From: Paragordius varius
Lineage: Eukaryota > Animalia > Nematomorpha
Direction of reading: 5' to 3'
Assembly: GCA_964247055.1 (NCBI GenBank)
Contig: OZ176056.1
Span: 3,844,001 to 3,908,000, forward strand
Length of the DNA: 64,000 nt
The notes beneath the pieces are model-generated. The model was not told the DNA's origin, made no database searches, and saw nothing but the letters and a program-made list of their open reading frames with translations. The translations under genes were made by a program, and so were the position numbers. This document shows, one piece after another, positions 13,869 to 25,477 of the stretch (its first letter is position 1; every line of letters starts with the position of its first letter).

Positions 13869-16800
13869 AATTTTTACTGTATATGTGCGGTATTAGCTTT
13901 AACTAACACGCCTGGGACAACCAAAAAGGGAAATAAAGACCAAACTGCCATCTCTCAGAATCCTTCATCATCCAACTCATCAACTAAGGATTTATCTAAT
14001 TTGACTAGCTCAGAAGCTGCCCGAAAAGCCAGATCTAAAAGGGCCCGTGAATCTAGACGATCTACTCAAGTTTCATTTTATTTGCTTTTTTGAAAAATAT
14101 TTTATGTTAGTTTTTGATTTTATAACATTTTTTTTCAAAAATAGTTTGGAATTATTTCTATAAGGGTGTTTTAATGTGGTTTTTACATGTTAACCTTATA
14201 AATTTAGTTTTATATCTTTCATTTTATTTATAATGTTAATAGAGATCCAATATTTTATGCCAAATAAATTGAATTTCTTGTATATTTTTATTTTTTATAA
14301 TCACTTTTTATTTTTTAGTTTTTTTCCGTTAATGATTTATACAATTGAATAAGATGGTATGTATCGTGAAAAACTTGGATATGAATTAGTTTTATACAAA
14401 TTTTACAAACATTTTTTACTATATTACACTTTTTTTTCTTTTTTAACACTTCGATTCAAATTGGGGTATCTAAATACCCCAGACTAAATTTAAATTAATA
14501 TTTTTAAAAAACTACTGAAGAAAACGGTCCCAATTTAAATATATGCTCCTATCCTGATAAATATTATATAAATATGCCAAAATATCTTGATAAAATTTTG
14601 TTTTTAAAAAAAAGCTCCATCTCAAACTTCTCCGACGTCATTTTTATTTTATAAATTTTTTGTAAAATATCGTCTTTATTTAATTTTAAGAGTAAAACTA
14701 AAGCTAATTTTTTATATAAATTACATCTAACATTGATAGAAATAGAAAAAGCGGTTTAGTTTGTATAATTTTTTAATTTTACAATTTCACACATGTCACG
14801 TTGACGAAATTTTTACCTTTCGGTTTTAGCTTAAAATAAGTAATATCAAGTATTTTTGAATAAAATTTTTTATGTATTTCGGTTTATTAATGTTAGATCA
14901 GTGCAAAATTTTGCCATAGTTTCGATTCCTTCTATATTTTTTAAAGAATTTAATTTTAAACAGGCCTGGGGTATCCAACTACCCCAATTTGAATCGAAGG
15001 ACTAAAATGAGTGTGTTGTATCCAAGTGTTAAACTAAAAAAAGTTTCAAAAAATTTATAAGATTTTATTAATTATATAATTATCTTTAAATTATATTTTT
15101 TTTTAAAAAAATATTTAACTTTAATATTTTAGGGTGTCACCACCGAAGATATAAAAGAAGCAGAAAGACAATTAAATGCATGCATTACTAATTCATTAAG
15201 CGCTCAAAATCAACAAATGGCGAATAATATAAACAAAGTATTTATGAAAATTATATATATAATTTTTAAAGAAATATGTTAATTTATGAAAATATATGTT
15301 ACAAGTTAAGACGAATTTTTTTAATTTTATTAATTTCAAACAATTTCCTACCTAATGAAATTTATTTAGATCGGTTAATTTATTGGAACTTTGAATTAAT
15401 TTTAATTTTATACAAATATTTTATTTAATAAACCAATCAAAATAATTTTACCATTTCCATCGATCAAATGCAAAATCAATCTATTTTTGCATAATTCGAG
15501 TTAAATTGAGAAAACTAAACTAATTTATATATATGAATCATTCAATCATATATTTTCAATTTCTTAGGATATAACCAATAGTAACAATAATACAATCAAC
15601 ACAAAAACTCTCAAAGATAATCCATATAATCCAATAAATGGTTCGAATGGTGGAGGCCCAATAGTTTTAAGTCCTTTAATAGCCAACAAGTTGTCAGCAT
15701 TCACAAATTTATCTAATAATAATTTTTCAACAAATTCAGGAGCTACTGCTGGTATTTTAACTAATAATAACAACAATACGAGCAATAATAAAAGTAATAT
15801 GATTGCACGCGTTACACCCTTAATTAAAACGGCAATGCAAACGTTTATAAGTAATAACAATGGAAATAACGCGCCCTCAAATCCAAACAATTCCCAACCC
15901 CAAAGTTATAATAATCAATTAACCAATGCATCAAATCCTGCTGGTAATCATATTTTTTATTTAGAATTATTTAGTATTATGCGCTCTAAAAATAATTTAA
16001 ACATGTTAAAATAAAAGGCAAAAACGCGTAATTTATTTTTTAAAAATCATTTATACGCGTTTTTGCCATTTACTTTAACTTGATTTATAAATGCGTGATT
16101 CCTTAACTTTTATTGTTATTTCTTACCTTGTGCATACTTATTTAATGTTTCACATTTATTAGTGGGCTTTATTTTTTAGACTCTAAAACAGAAATAAATA
16201 TGCGATTGAAATGCTGATATTGGTTTTTGGCATATTGTGGGTTATTTTGTATTTCCGATTTATTTTGGGAATTTATGCAAGATTATAGTTTTTAAATCAT
16301 TTGAAATTTCGGAGATAATATAACCGAAAAGATTTGAACTAACTAAATAAAAGATAAAAAAAGTGAAATACAAGGTATCTATTTTATTTACTTCGGCTTT
16401 AATTAATTTATGAATTTATGATTTTTTATATTAATTTTGCAAAGTTTCCAGGTTAATTTTAAATTCATAAGATCGTTTAAAGTGTATATGTAATGTTACC
16501 TGGTTAAAGATTTATATTATGTTATATATATATATATATAATATACTGAGTTAAAACTAAAATTTCATATCATATAAAATATATTTTACTTTTTTCAATT
16601 CTTAACACAAAGTTAACTTTCAAAAAAGCATGAAACTTTGTAGCTTAACAGTTTTTTATATTCAGGCATAGCTACCACAAATGTTAAAAATATTGCGCGT
16701 ACAGTGTATGAATCAAATGGTAACACCCAGAATTATGCTAAAATGATGAATGGTAGCAATAATAATAATTCACAAAAATTGTATCAAAAATCTTTTACAA

Positions 16801-19800
16801 CATCTTTATATTCTAATTCCAATGGCAATTCCAATGTTGGGATTAAAAATAATTTTGCAAATTCGAACAATGTTAATATGAATAATTCTGATGATATATC
16901 TACTGCTTCATCAAACACCCCGACGACGACATATAAATCAACGCTTTCAAGCACTCACAACAATAATAAATCTGCCCTAATAAATAATTGTTTAAGTCCC
17001 CCTAGGAATGCTTCACCTCCACATAGGTCTGAAAGTTTTAGGGGTTCTTCTAACCCCTCAAACAATGGAATTAGGCATATTAAAGGTTGGAATTTTCGTT
17101 TTCAAAATTTTTATATTTTTTTGAAATATTTTTTGAAAACCTTTGGTAGATTATGAGGAACGAAAGCGTTTACTGGAAGAACAAAGACAAAAGGCTATTG
17201 AGGGCAGAAAAATAGTTACATCGCCTCAAGCTCTTATAAAAAATAATGGTTACACCAATAATGTTGAAAAAGCAACAAATGCAAAACCGCAAAATATGAA
17301 TAACAATTCGATAGGGTTTATAATCTCATATTATGTTTTAATTATGGGAGGAGGGCCGGATAAATGAATGTTAATCGGTCTTGTTTAACATTAATATCGA
17401 AATTGAATAATATTATAATAGATTTATTTAATTTATAAATTAACGATAAACAAAAATTGGAATTAATTTAACAATTATTCTATATTCCTTTTATAATGCT
17501 TATAATATCCAATTAAAAAGGCTTGGTTTTGATAAGCTGGTTACATTCACGAAACTATTGTATTACAACTTTTTTTTTCCAAAAAAAAACTCATTTTTCC
17601 ATTATTATTCAATTTTTTACTTTTTTAACATCTAAAATTTAATATTAATTCATGAAATTTTATTGTTTTTCAATTATAAAGGGTATCTATACTCCTTTCT
17701 TCACAAATATACTAGCTTGTGTAAGAGATAATAATTATATATGAAAACTGGCATATTTGGAAATAAATTACACTAGACAACAAAAAATAACTTTTTTTAA
17801 CTGCCATTCTTGTAAATTTAAAATTTATTTCATTATACATAATTAGTATATCTGAAAAGAAAATTGTTCTAGCATGCAAGAATTTTTTTATATTAGAGTT
17901 TATCGATAATTTTTGGCTCCGATTTAACATTAAACTCGAAATTTCGAAATTAAAGTTTTAGATATGAAGCCATGTATTTTATATCATTCGAAAGAGCGCA
18001 AAAAACTGAATCTTTTAAATGGTAGTAAGTCATTTAAATCAATCGGATAAAATTATTTGGATTTAAATGGTCGAAATTTTTGATCCTTAAATAAGTCAAG
18101 AATATTCACAGACAAACTAATTTGAAAATCATATACATTATTTTAATATAATTATTAGGGTTACATTAGTATTTAATTTAAAAAAAATGTTTGAAAAAGC
18201 TTTTAGTTTGCTTTTTTAATAAAAATATTATAATCATAAATATTTTACCTAATGAATACTAAAATGCATAGTTATAACTGTTAATTTATTACATAATGGC
18301 TAAAATCAAAAATACCTTAAACTTTGTTTTTATCTTTAAATTTTCGAATTTATTAGCCTCGTAAAGAAAATAAATTAATATTGATGAGATGGTAATTTTT
18401 TAAAAAAAACAAAAATGTTTTAATCAAAAAAACTTTTTTGTGTTATCTTTTTTGGACATTCATCACCATTTAAACAAAGTTTGAGATATATTCATCCATT
18501 AGTTTAAAAATATAATAATTAAAAAAAATGCTCTCACTTCGCGCGTTTGTCGCCCTTTGTGTCCAATATTAACTGTCGATGTAATACATATTAGTATGCA
18601 TTTTATAGAGTTTTTATTACTCTTTCGAATGATATATTACAAATGGGCATTACTTGTATATTTTCAAAGAAAAACATTTTTTAGTAAATTTTGATAAAGA
18701 GGGCGCATAATCAAAAAAATAAAATTATACAAAATTATTCCAACGAGTTATAATTTTTATTTCAGATTTACTGTTAAAATGATACTATATATCAGAAAAT
18801 GCAAAAAACTCGAGTGGCAGAAAAATTTGTCCAGTGTTATTAGTATTAAAAATAGGATTTATATTTTGAAAAAATTATTGTGAGAATAATTTTAAATTTT
18901 TTGTGTCAAATTTATTAGCGGATCCCGCGAAACTTTACGTGTAGAAAAACGACATTTACGAGAAAAACGTCGAAGTACTGGCATCTGCAACCTCGTAATA
19001 TTTTTATTTTATTTTTAAAAAACTATTTCAGTTTTTTTAAAATTATTTAATTTTTATAAAGTTATTTGACAAATTAATTTCAATAACTTTTAATAATCGG
19101 GTTATTTTTTAAAATCTATACAGGAAAATGGATCATCATCACTTGATACGAATGGGAATAGTATGAGAAATGAAGAATATATCCAGGTATATTTTTATCA
19201 AATAAAATATTTTATATAGATTTTAAATATATCTTGGAGGTTTTAAGATTAATTTTGCCTAAATAAACTTTTAGTTTTTATATTTCTTACATTAAATGAT
19301 TTATTTGTAGATTTTTACTTTTTATTAAAACATATTTTAATTAATAAATTTTTATGTTTAATTTTGATTAGCTCCACAAATTTATAATTTAGTGTATACA
19401 AATAAAAATGTTTTAATTTAAATTTAGGATCCCCCATACCTGTTTTTTAAGATTAAAAATTACCTAAATTTTTAAAAAAATAAATTATGTTTAAAATTAA
19501 TACTGAAATAGAGTATTTAAAGATATTTTTTCATATTTATAATGAGTTATATTCGAAAACACATTTTTAAAATTAAATGATCATGATTGATTTTATATCT
19601 TTAAAAGTTTTATTTTTATTGCATAGCAATAATAAATAACCGATTATATTTGCGTAAACAATAATATTATCTGAAAGAAATGTCCAATATTTTTTACATT
19701 TATAAGAGGACACAAAAGTGATGGTTTATATGATTGGAATTAATTTTAAAGAGAGCCTATTCATGTCATATACAATAATATTTTATTGATCATTTACATA

Positions 19801-22800
19801 TAATGATCAATCTGTTTAATATACGCATTAAAAAGAAATGAAATATTTTGATTTTGAGCCAACCGAACCTATTATAATACATGTATTTAATATTTTTAAA
19901 TATACTTTTTGCAAATCTTTAATTTTCAAATGATAAAATATTTATATAATGTGACTTAAGATAACATCATATAATGGAATTCACATACAAAAGTATGATT
20001 TAAATTTTGTACGCGTTGAAATTAATTTTTTTATTTTATACAAAAATATATATTAGGCTTTTTTGAGTTAGTGTTAAATTTTCATATATCAACTGTGTCT
20101 TTCCCAAATCTTCATATTTTTCTATAAAATTAGACAAGGAATATCAGTTTGAAATTTTAATCTTATTGCCCCAATAGAAATAATAAAAATAATAACAATA
20201 GTCATTTAAAGTTGTTAAAAATATTATTTTTCAGTTATAAATGGCTTGACCAGTTTTAACACCCTAATAAAAACACAAAAAGTCGCGTTTTACACATTTT
20301 TACCATCAATTATTATAAAGAGGTTTTTTTAAAACCATTTGTAATTTTGGATGTAAATATCAGATCAGGTAAAAATTAATTTCGAAAATGTAATTTTTGT
20401 GATAAAATTATTTAAAATTTTTAATTTTTATGGAAATTCATGAATAGAATGGAACACATTCAACACTAGCTGATAACAAAGAACAAAATACAGATTTTGC
20501 TTCCACAATGGGAGATTATAAAAAAGTATCATTTAATATATATATTTAAATTTTATAAATATTTCATTTTGAAAATATGACAAATATTTTGCCCGAATCT
20601 TACTACATTATATGATAGATATGCTATACGATGCTTTTAAAAAAAGCATTTTTTTTGTTCAAATAATACGATGACCCCTTTTTGTCCTTTTTTTTCGATA
20701 TAAAATATTTTTTGTCACCTTGCAATATTTTTGATATCTTATTTAGATTTTGTAATTTAAAGCATTTTCGACAAATATGAAAATAATTTAATTAATTTAA
20801 AAAAATTAACATTTTTATTCGATATAAATAAAATAATTAAGATATTTAAGAAAATGTCCATTATTGATAATATGGTGTCGAATTGGTGACATTTTACAAA
20901 TTTTTAATGTATGATCAAATATTTTTTATCAATCTTGAAAAGACTTAAAATAAATAAAATAATTTAAAAATTTGGAAACCATTATATTATGCTTTGTAAA
21001 ATATTATAAATACTTTTTTATGCCTTATAAAACTTTTTTTTATTATTTTGAGTGAAAGTCCTCACGTTTTTTTTTGTTTTTATTTTATTTGTAATTTAAT
21101 GGTTTATGGTTTATTTATTAATTTTCCATATAAATTAATAAAATAAAATTTAAACACATATTCGCATATATGTTGTTTTGCAGTAGCGTATGGTATGAAA
21201 AATAATTTATCCATAATTAAATAAAAAATAAGAAAATAGTCGTTAAATTACATCCATTCATTGTTTTTTACCATACACTACTGTAATGTATCTTTTTATT
21301 ATTATACATTGTTTCGAGCTTTATGGTTTTAAATAATGGTGTAATTTTTTTATTGTTTTCTTTTTTGCAAAAAAAATATTTTTTTGTTCCGACAATCCTT
21401 AATTAATTACTTTTTTAGCTTTTTATTTTTTATTAATCTACATTCATTATTATAAAATCTTGTCGTTTTTTAAAAATAAAACGTTTTAAATGCTTGATTA
21501 TTTACAGTTGTATGAAGATGCTTTGATTGAAAATTCAAAATTAAAATCCAGAATTCGTGAATTGGAACGGGAATTGGTGACTTTTAAGGTATGTAAAACT
21601 TTTTTTTGTTTCAAATTTTTTTTATCTGATAACGTTTATACAGTAGCATATGGTATAAAAATAGTTCAATTATAGAGTAGAAAGTGAAAAAATTAATTTC
21701 AACCAATTGTAGTTTTTACCATACGCTATTGGATTTGTATTTTAATTAATTAAAAATTTTAGAGGACTTTTTTATTTAATACTAGACTACCTACCCTGAG
21801 TCCCAAATATTTATTATGTGTCATTTAAATTATATTGTTATGCATCACACAAATATTTTAGGAATTACTCATAGAAGATTAAAGCAATGTATATTTTTTC
21901 GTAACATTTTTTTTTCAAAAAATGATATTGTTATAAGCTATTTTTTGGCATGTTGGTTTTTTTGTTTAATTTATAAATTTTTATCTAAAATTAAGAATTA
22001 TTTCTTTTGTTGATTCTCAGAAATCACCATATGAATCTAAAGCACTTACTATGGAAGTAAAGCCTACACTTAATAATAACAATCAACATTCAACAACTAA
22101 TAATATGGGTAGAGATCTACAAAATTTACATATATCCACAAATTTAAGCTCTGATCAGAATGATACATCTAATTTAAAAGTAAATTATATTTACCTTTAT
22201 TTCATTGTGATGATAATATATTGATTGCCTTATGTGACCCTTTTTCCAAATTAAAAATGGATAAACCTTTATTTTATATCTATCATTGCAGCCCGCGAGA
22301 AATTTTATATCCAAAATTTTACGAAATTTGAGGGAAATTTATTTTCTTGACAGATCATTCTGACTTAGAACAATGAACTAGTAAAAAATGTTAAAATTGT
22401 AGTTTTATAGTGTTAAGTTTAGAATCTGACAAAATATATTTTTATATACAGTAAAAGAAATTATACGGACAAAATGTAAAAATATAAAAAATATTTTTTT
22501 AAAAGACAACCATACTTTTTAAATCTTGATTTATTTTGACTCATTGTTTTAAATGGCAAACTTAAATAGAGATATATATTACCAGCACAATCAATTCCAT
22601 ATTTTTGTAACTAAATAGCTTATATGAGAAAAATTAAGGGTTTAAAAAGTATGGTTGTCTTTTAGATAAAAATGTTTATATTTTTACGTTTTGTCCGTAT
22701 AATTTCAATATTTACTGTATTTGCATGTGCGGCCTGCGAAGTAATTTGTGTTGGACACCATGCTCTACTAGAAGCTAATAAAATATTTTGTTTTATAAAA

Positions 22801-23132
22801 GAAACCTGTATATTATTGAACACATAAACCAATTAGATCATGGATACTTTATAAAAGAGCTAATTTTAAAATATTTCCATCCAAGCATTTTTTTATATAA
22901 TTTTTATTTTACAGGAGAAAAAAGCTCTTGAAACCCGAATCTCAGAACTTGAAGATGAAATAAAGGTTAATTATATATTTATTAAGCATGCTAAAAATAT
23001 CTTGATTTCGATCATTTTTTAAATTATTTTTTTTACACATATTAGAAAATGGAATCACTCAAGGAAATTAACCAAAGATTAAAACATGAGAATGGTGCTT
23101 TGATACGAGTTATTAGCAAATTATCCAAATAA
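512..23132 (+). CDS. PPP1R12A: Myosin phosphatase targeting subunit (MYPT1/PPP1R12A/Mbs-like), 5'-truncated by the window edge, 26 exons
   Basis: Exons: 512-630, 1938-2097, 2756-2906, 3710-3772, 5564-5691, 6210-6388, 7058-7165, 7718-7864, 8102-8179, 9309-9509, 10001-10191, 10273-10352, 10782-12116, 12440-12558, 13897-14069, 15133-15237, 15568-15943, 16666-17085, 17150-17315, 18919-18994, 19124-19186, 20448-20525, 21508-21588, 22021-22179, 22915-22965, 23046-23132. All GT-AG with compatible phases; 4894 nt = 1 nt + 1631 codons including stop. Ankyrin repeats (GATALHVASAKG, GWTPLHAGMHWG, SQTAFDVAD), RKARSKRARESRRSTQ|GVT, REKRRSTG, DYKK|LYE coiled coil and the C-terminus LKHENGALIRVISKLSK* match MYPT1 hallmarks. 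The low-complexity middle exons are less certain individually. Confidence 0.93.
1261..1937 (+). repeat. Degenerate tandem duplication containing three decayed copies of the MYPT1 exon-1938 acceptor and exon 5' end
   Basis: After AG at 1319-1320, 1500-1501 and 1750-1751 the sequence resembles the true exon start (atgtcattatggaaaaaccgaggaataaaatcaaatcgaatgc vs gtgtcattgtagaagatgccaggaatgaagaattaaatcgaatgc); higher-order period about 435 bp. Confidence 0.75.
3824..4046 (-). mobile_element. MITE family A, degenerate copy
   Basis: Ends agggtgaatttgatttgtaaatgg|ta, matching the TIR of the 53478-53785 copy. Confidence 0.6.
4275..5000 (-). mobile_element. RTE-like non-LTR retrotransposon 3' fragment (decayed)
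   Basis: Frameshifted minus-strand PCGVC...SIVCS...KKW finger, VNEFTYLG, IYKTGIRPVLTY and MRYYGHLDRI...KPGRPRLTTW; TGA at 4286-4284 directly followed by an A8 tract. Confidence 0.75.
8203..9109 (-). mobile_element. Non-autonomous Helitron in a MYPT1 intron
   Basis: On the minus strand: A|TCTATATA... 5' end at 9109, ...CTAG|T 3' end at 8203, and a GC hairpin (8214-8236, ctcg-t-gctgc-tac-gcagc-c-cgag) 7 nt from CTAG; internal duplication of about 500 bp period. Confidence 0.72.
9621..9884 (-). mobile_element. hAT (Charlie-like) MITE family E, degenerate copy
   Basis: gtgtccaacac...gttgaacacccctg termini; interior is the reverse complement of the 62294 copy (ccaattggcaagaa). Confidence 0.6.
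10424..10516. mobile_element. Mini-MITE family D (~95 bp, Tc1-like CAGT termini)
   Basis: ta|cagtagcgtatgg ... ccatacgctactc|ta inverted termini. Confidence 0.65.
12694..12969. mobile_element. Tc1/mariner-like MITE family C (276 bp)
   Basis: TA|CAGTAAAAATT...atacggacaaaa and ttttgtccgtat...AATTTTTACTG|TA; long imperfect TIRs, TA target duplication. Confidence 0.8.
13727..13862 (+). repeat. Two-copy ~60-bp tandem duplication followed by (TA)n microsatellite
   Basis: caaatttacgattat.taaaa.atatatcatccga occurs twice, each followed by an AT-repeat run. Confidence 0.8.
14064..14066 (+). other. Codon for the MYPT1 inhibitory phosphosite equivalent to human Thr696 (RRSTQ|GVT)
   Basis: Exon 13897-14069 ends ...ARESRRSTQ and exon 15133 begins GVTTEDIKEAE, matching the known RRSTQGVTLTDLQEAE motif. 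Confidence 0.85.
14447..15028 (+). mobile_element. piggyBac-like MITE family B (582 bp)
   Basis: TTAA|CACTT.GAT ... ATC.AAGTG|TTAA; asymmetric internal inverted repeat CTTCGATTCAAATTGGGGTA. Confidence 0.75.
17941..18010 (+). repeat. Dispersed repeat fragment, inverted copy at 37081-37150
   Basis: aaattaaagttttagatat...catgtatt..atatcattcgaaagag...aaaaactg matches the reverse complement of 37081-37150. Confidence 0.6.
18977..18979 (+). other. Codon for the MYPT1 phosphosite equivalent to human Thr853 (REKRRSTG)
   Basis: The 76-nt exon 18919-18994 encodes GSRETLRVEKRHLREKRRSTGICNL and is also required to restore phase between its neighbours. Confidence 0.85.
21181..21283. mobile_element. Mini-MITE family D copy
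   Basis: cagtagcgtatggta ... taccatacactactg|ta. Confidence 0.65.
21641..21731. mobile_element. Mini-MITE family D copy
   Basis: ta|cagtagcatatggta ... taccatacgctattg. Confidence 0.6.
22449..22717. mobile_element. Tc1/mariner-like MITE family C copy, nested in a hAT-like remnant (~22288-22762)
   Basis: TA|CAGTAAAA...ttatacggacaaaa / ttttgtccgtataa...TTTACTG|TA; flanks continue family E sequence ending gttggacaccatg. Confidence 0.78.
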
Positions 23133-25477
23133 TATATGGTTTGTCTATTACGAGGCCGCATAAACATTCTGTTCATGGTACAATCAATTCTCAATCTTAC
23201 ACTCAACCCGACAAATATTTTATAACATATTTAAATTAAAATTATCGCATTGCTTTATCTTGAATATTTTAGGCCTTTTCGGGCTATTGGATTAGTATTC
23301 TCTATAATTTTTAAACGTAAAAATTATATAATGCATGCATATACCAAAGATTTTTGCTTACCACACTTCCATCATATATAATTATAGAAACAAATTATAG
23401 AAATTTTTCGCATGTATTAACTTATATTTTTAGGGTAAATTTTTAAATGCTTCTTTGTTTTTGTAAATAGTAAGGACACCGGCATTTTTATTTAGAATTG
23501 ATTTTCTTAAAACTTATATCAAAGTCTTTCAAACAAATCCGCCCATATATGTATATATTTAAATTTTTTTAGACACAATTTTGGGAAAATATATATAAAA
23601 TGTGATGGCTTAAGAATTATGATATTGGAATTATGTAATATACTTTAGAAAGTTTATTATATGATGAAAAAAATATATGTATGATATAAAATAAATATTT
23701 TTATTATATGAATACACTGGACTTTTAAAATATAAATCTGCAATTATACAAAAATAACATTTGAACTATGACAAGTGCGATAGTTTTGATTAAGTAACTT
23801 GTTTTTTGTCCAATTTTATTTATACTTCTTAAAATATAATTTTACATGGCTCAAAGGCTATCCTATTCTTTTAACCAAGAATATTTTTAAAAATTTTCGT
23901 TTGTCGATCGACCCAAAAAAATTATTGCAGCTACCTAACTTACGAACACTCTAATTAGGATTAGAATAAAATTTTAATAACCATATGTAAAAATAAAAAT
24001 TCAAATGGGTGGTGGTAGAGTGGTTAGACTAAGGCTCACAAAACGCCTGATTTGCTTTTTCTTATACTCCGAAAATATATACCGATTAATTTTTATGAAA
24101 ATGCTGCTATCATATATTGGAAAATATCCAATTAAACATTTTAATACAGTTCATATACTTGAATTTTAAGCGCTAATAAGATCATGTCTGTATTATTTGT
24201 TTGCTAATTTATATGATATGTTGTATTTAGATATATCTAATACAATCTACCATCAATATTCTATTTACATAAAGAATCATTTCATAACCAATAAAAGTTT
24301 AGCTCTTTTGTTTATGACGAGCACTTATCATCATGAAATGCAGTCATGTTAAATTTAATAAACTGTGACAACCAACATTAATTTTTGGTTATACATCCCT
24401 ACCAGCTTACGAGCTCATTAGACATTTAATATTATAAAACGAAGAAGAGTTTATAACAACCACAAGTACGGCGCCCTTGTTGGTTGCAACCGCAAAAGGT
24501 ATTGGTTTTAATTTCATACTTAATACTTCAATTTTTAAGAACCCCTGATAGCTCTGTAAAACTTTGACTAATATTTAGAATAGAAATCACTTCTTATACT
24601 CGTAACTCGATGAGGCTTAAAAGTTATGCCAACTTTTCCATATTTGGCCAAATTTTCAAAATCGCAATTTTTTGTACAAATTAAATATAGTTCTTGTGAT
24701 CAGATAATGCATCAGAACCACTATTAATCTTTTAACAATCAAAAATAGAGTTATTCTATATTATTACAATAACTTGGTTAATGCAGAATTAAAAAAATAT
24801 TCATGCTATAAACTCGAGTTATAATTTTGTAATATCTATTGAGTTATTAAAAAAAATCAAAGAAAAATAGTCAAAAACTGTATATTGAATGGGAATTTCC
24901 ATTTAAGGCAAAAAATATAGCAATTTTAACTGTATTAAACAATCTTTAAATCAAATGTAAATTTATGATTAATAAAGGAGTGATATTTATTTTAAAAAAA
25001 AGGTGACAATAAAAACACGATTTATATATATGTTATACTAAAAATTAACTGAGAATGCTAGGAAATACAAAATAAATGCTTATGTTATCACATATATATA
25101 TATATATATATAACATTATTATGGATAATAAATTAGGCGGTATATTTGATCAAAAAATAAATATGTAAAAAAATAGCACAGCACAATTGTTGGGTAATAT
25201 TTGGTTTCTATGTAATTTTTGGTGTATACAAAACAAAATTAGTATTTTTCATCAAAAACAATCAAATATATAATAATAATTTTAACCATGTTTAAAAATG
25301 TTTTGGTCCACATGAATTTAGTTTGAATCCAAAAATGCTTTATTTGTTTTCCTTTTTAATTTAATTGGTAGATTGTAATAATATTTCTTTGGAAAATGCG
25401 CAAAATTTAGTGAAATTTTGTAAAAAAAACACCTTGGGTTTGGTGAGCTAAGTAATTTTTTAACTAAAATATATTCA

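Noticed and set aside
15564-15890. Hydrophobic 108-aa minus-strand ORF that looks like a membrane protein
   Set aside because: Antisense shadow of an Asn-rich MYPT1 exon (AAT read as ATT). The same applies to 11427-11633, 26001-26213, 50932-51168, 57206-57490 and 57664-57912.
24006-24060. tRNA/SINE-like start (ggtggtggtagagtggttagac)
   Set aside because: A-box-like only; no B-box, T-arm or cloverleaf.
24400-24550. GC-richer patch with a short minus-strand ORF (MKLKPIPFAV...) between the convergent genes
   Set aside because: 36 codons, no motif; probably 3'UTR or intergenic.
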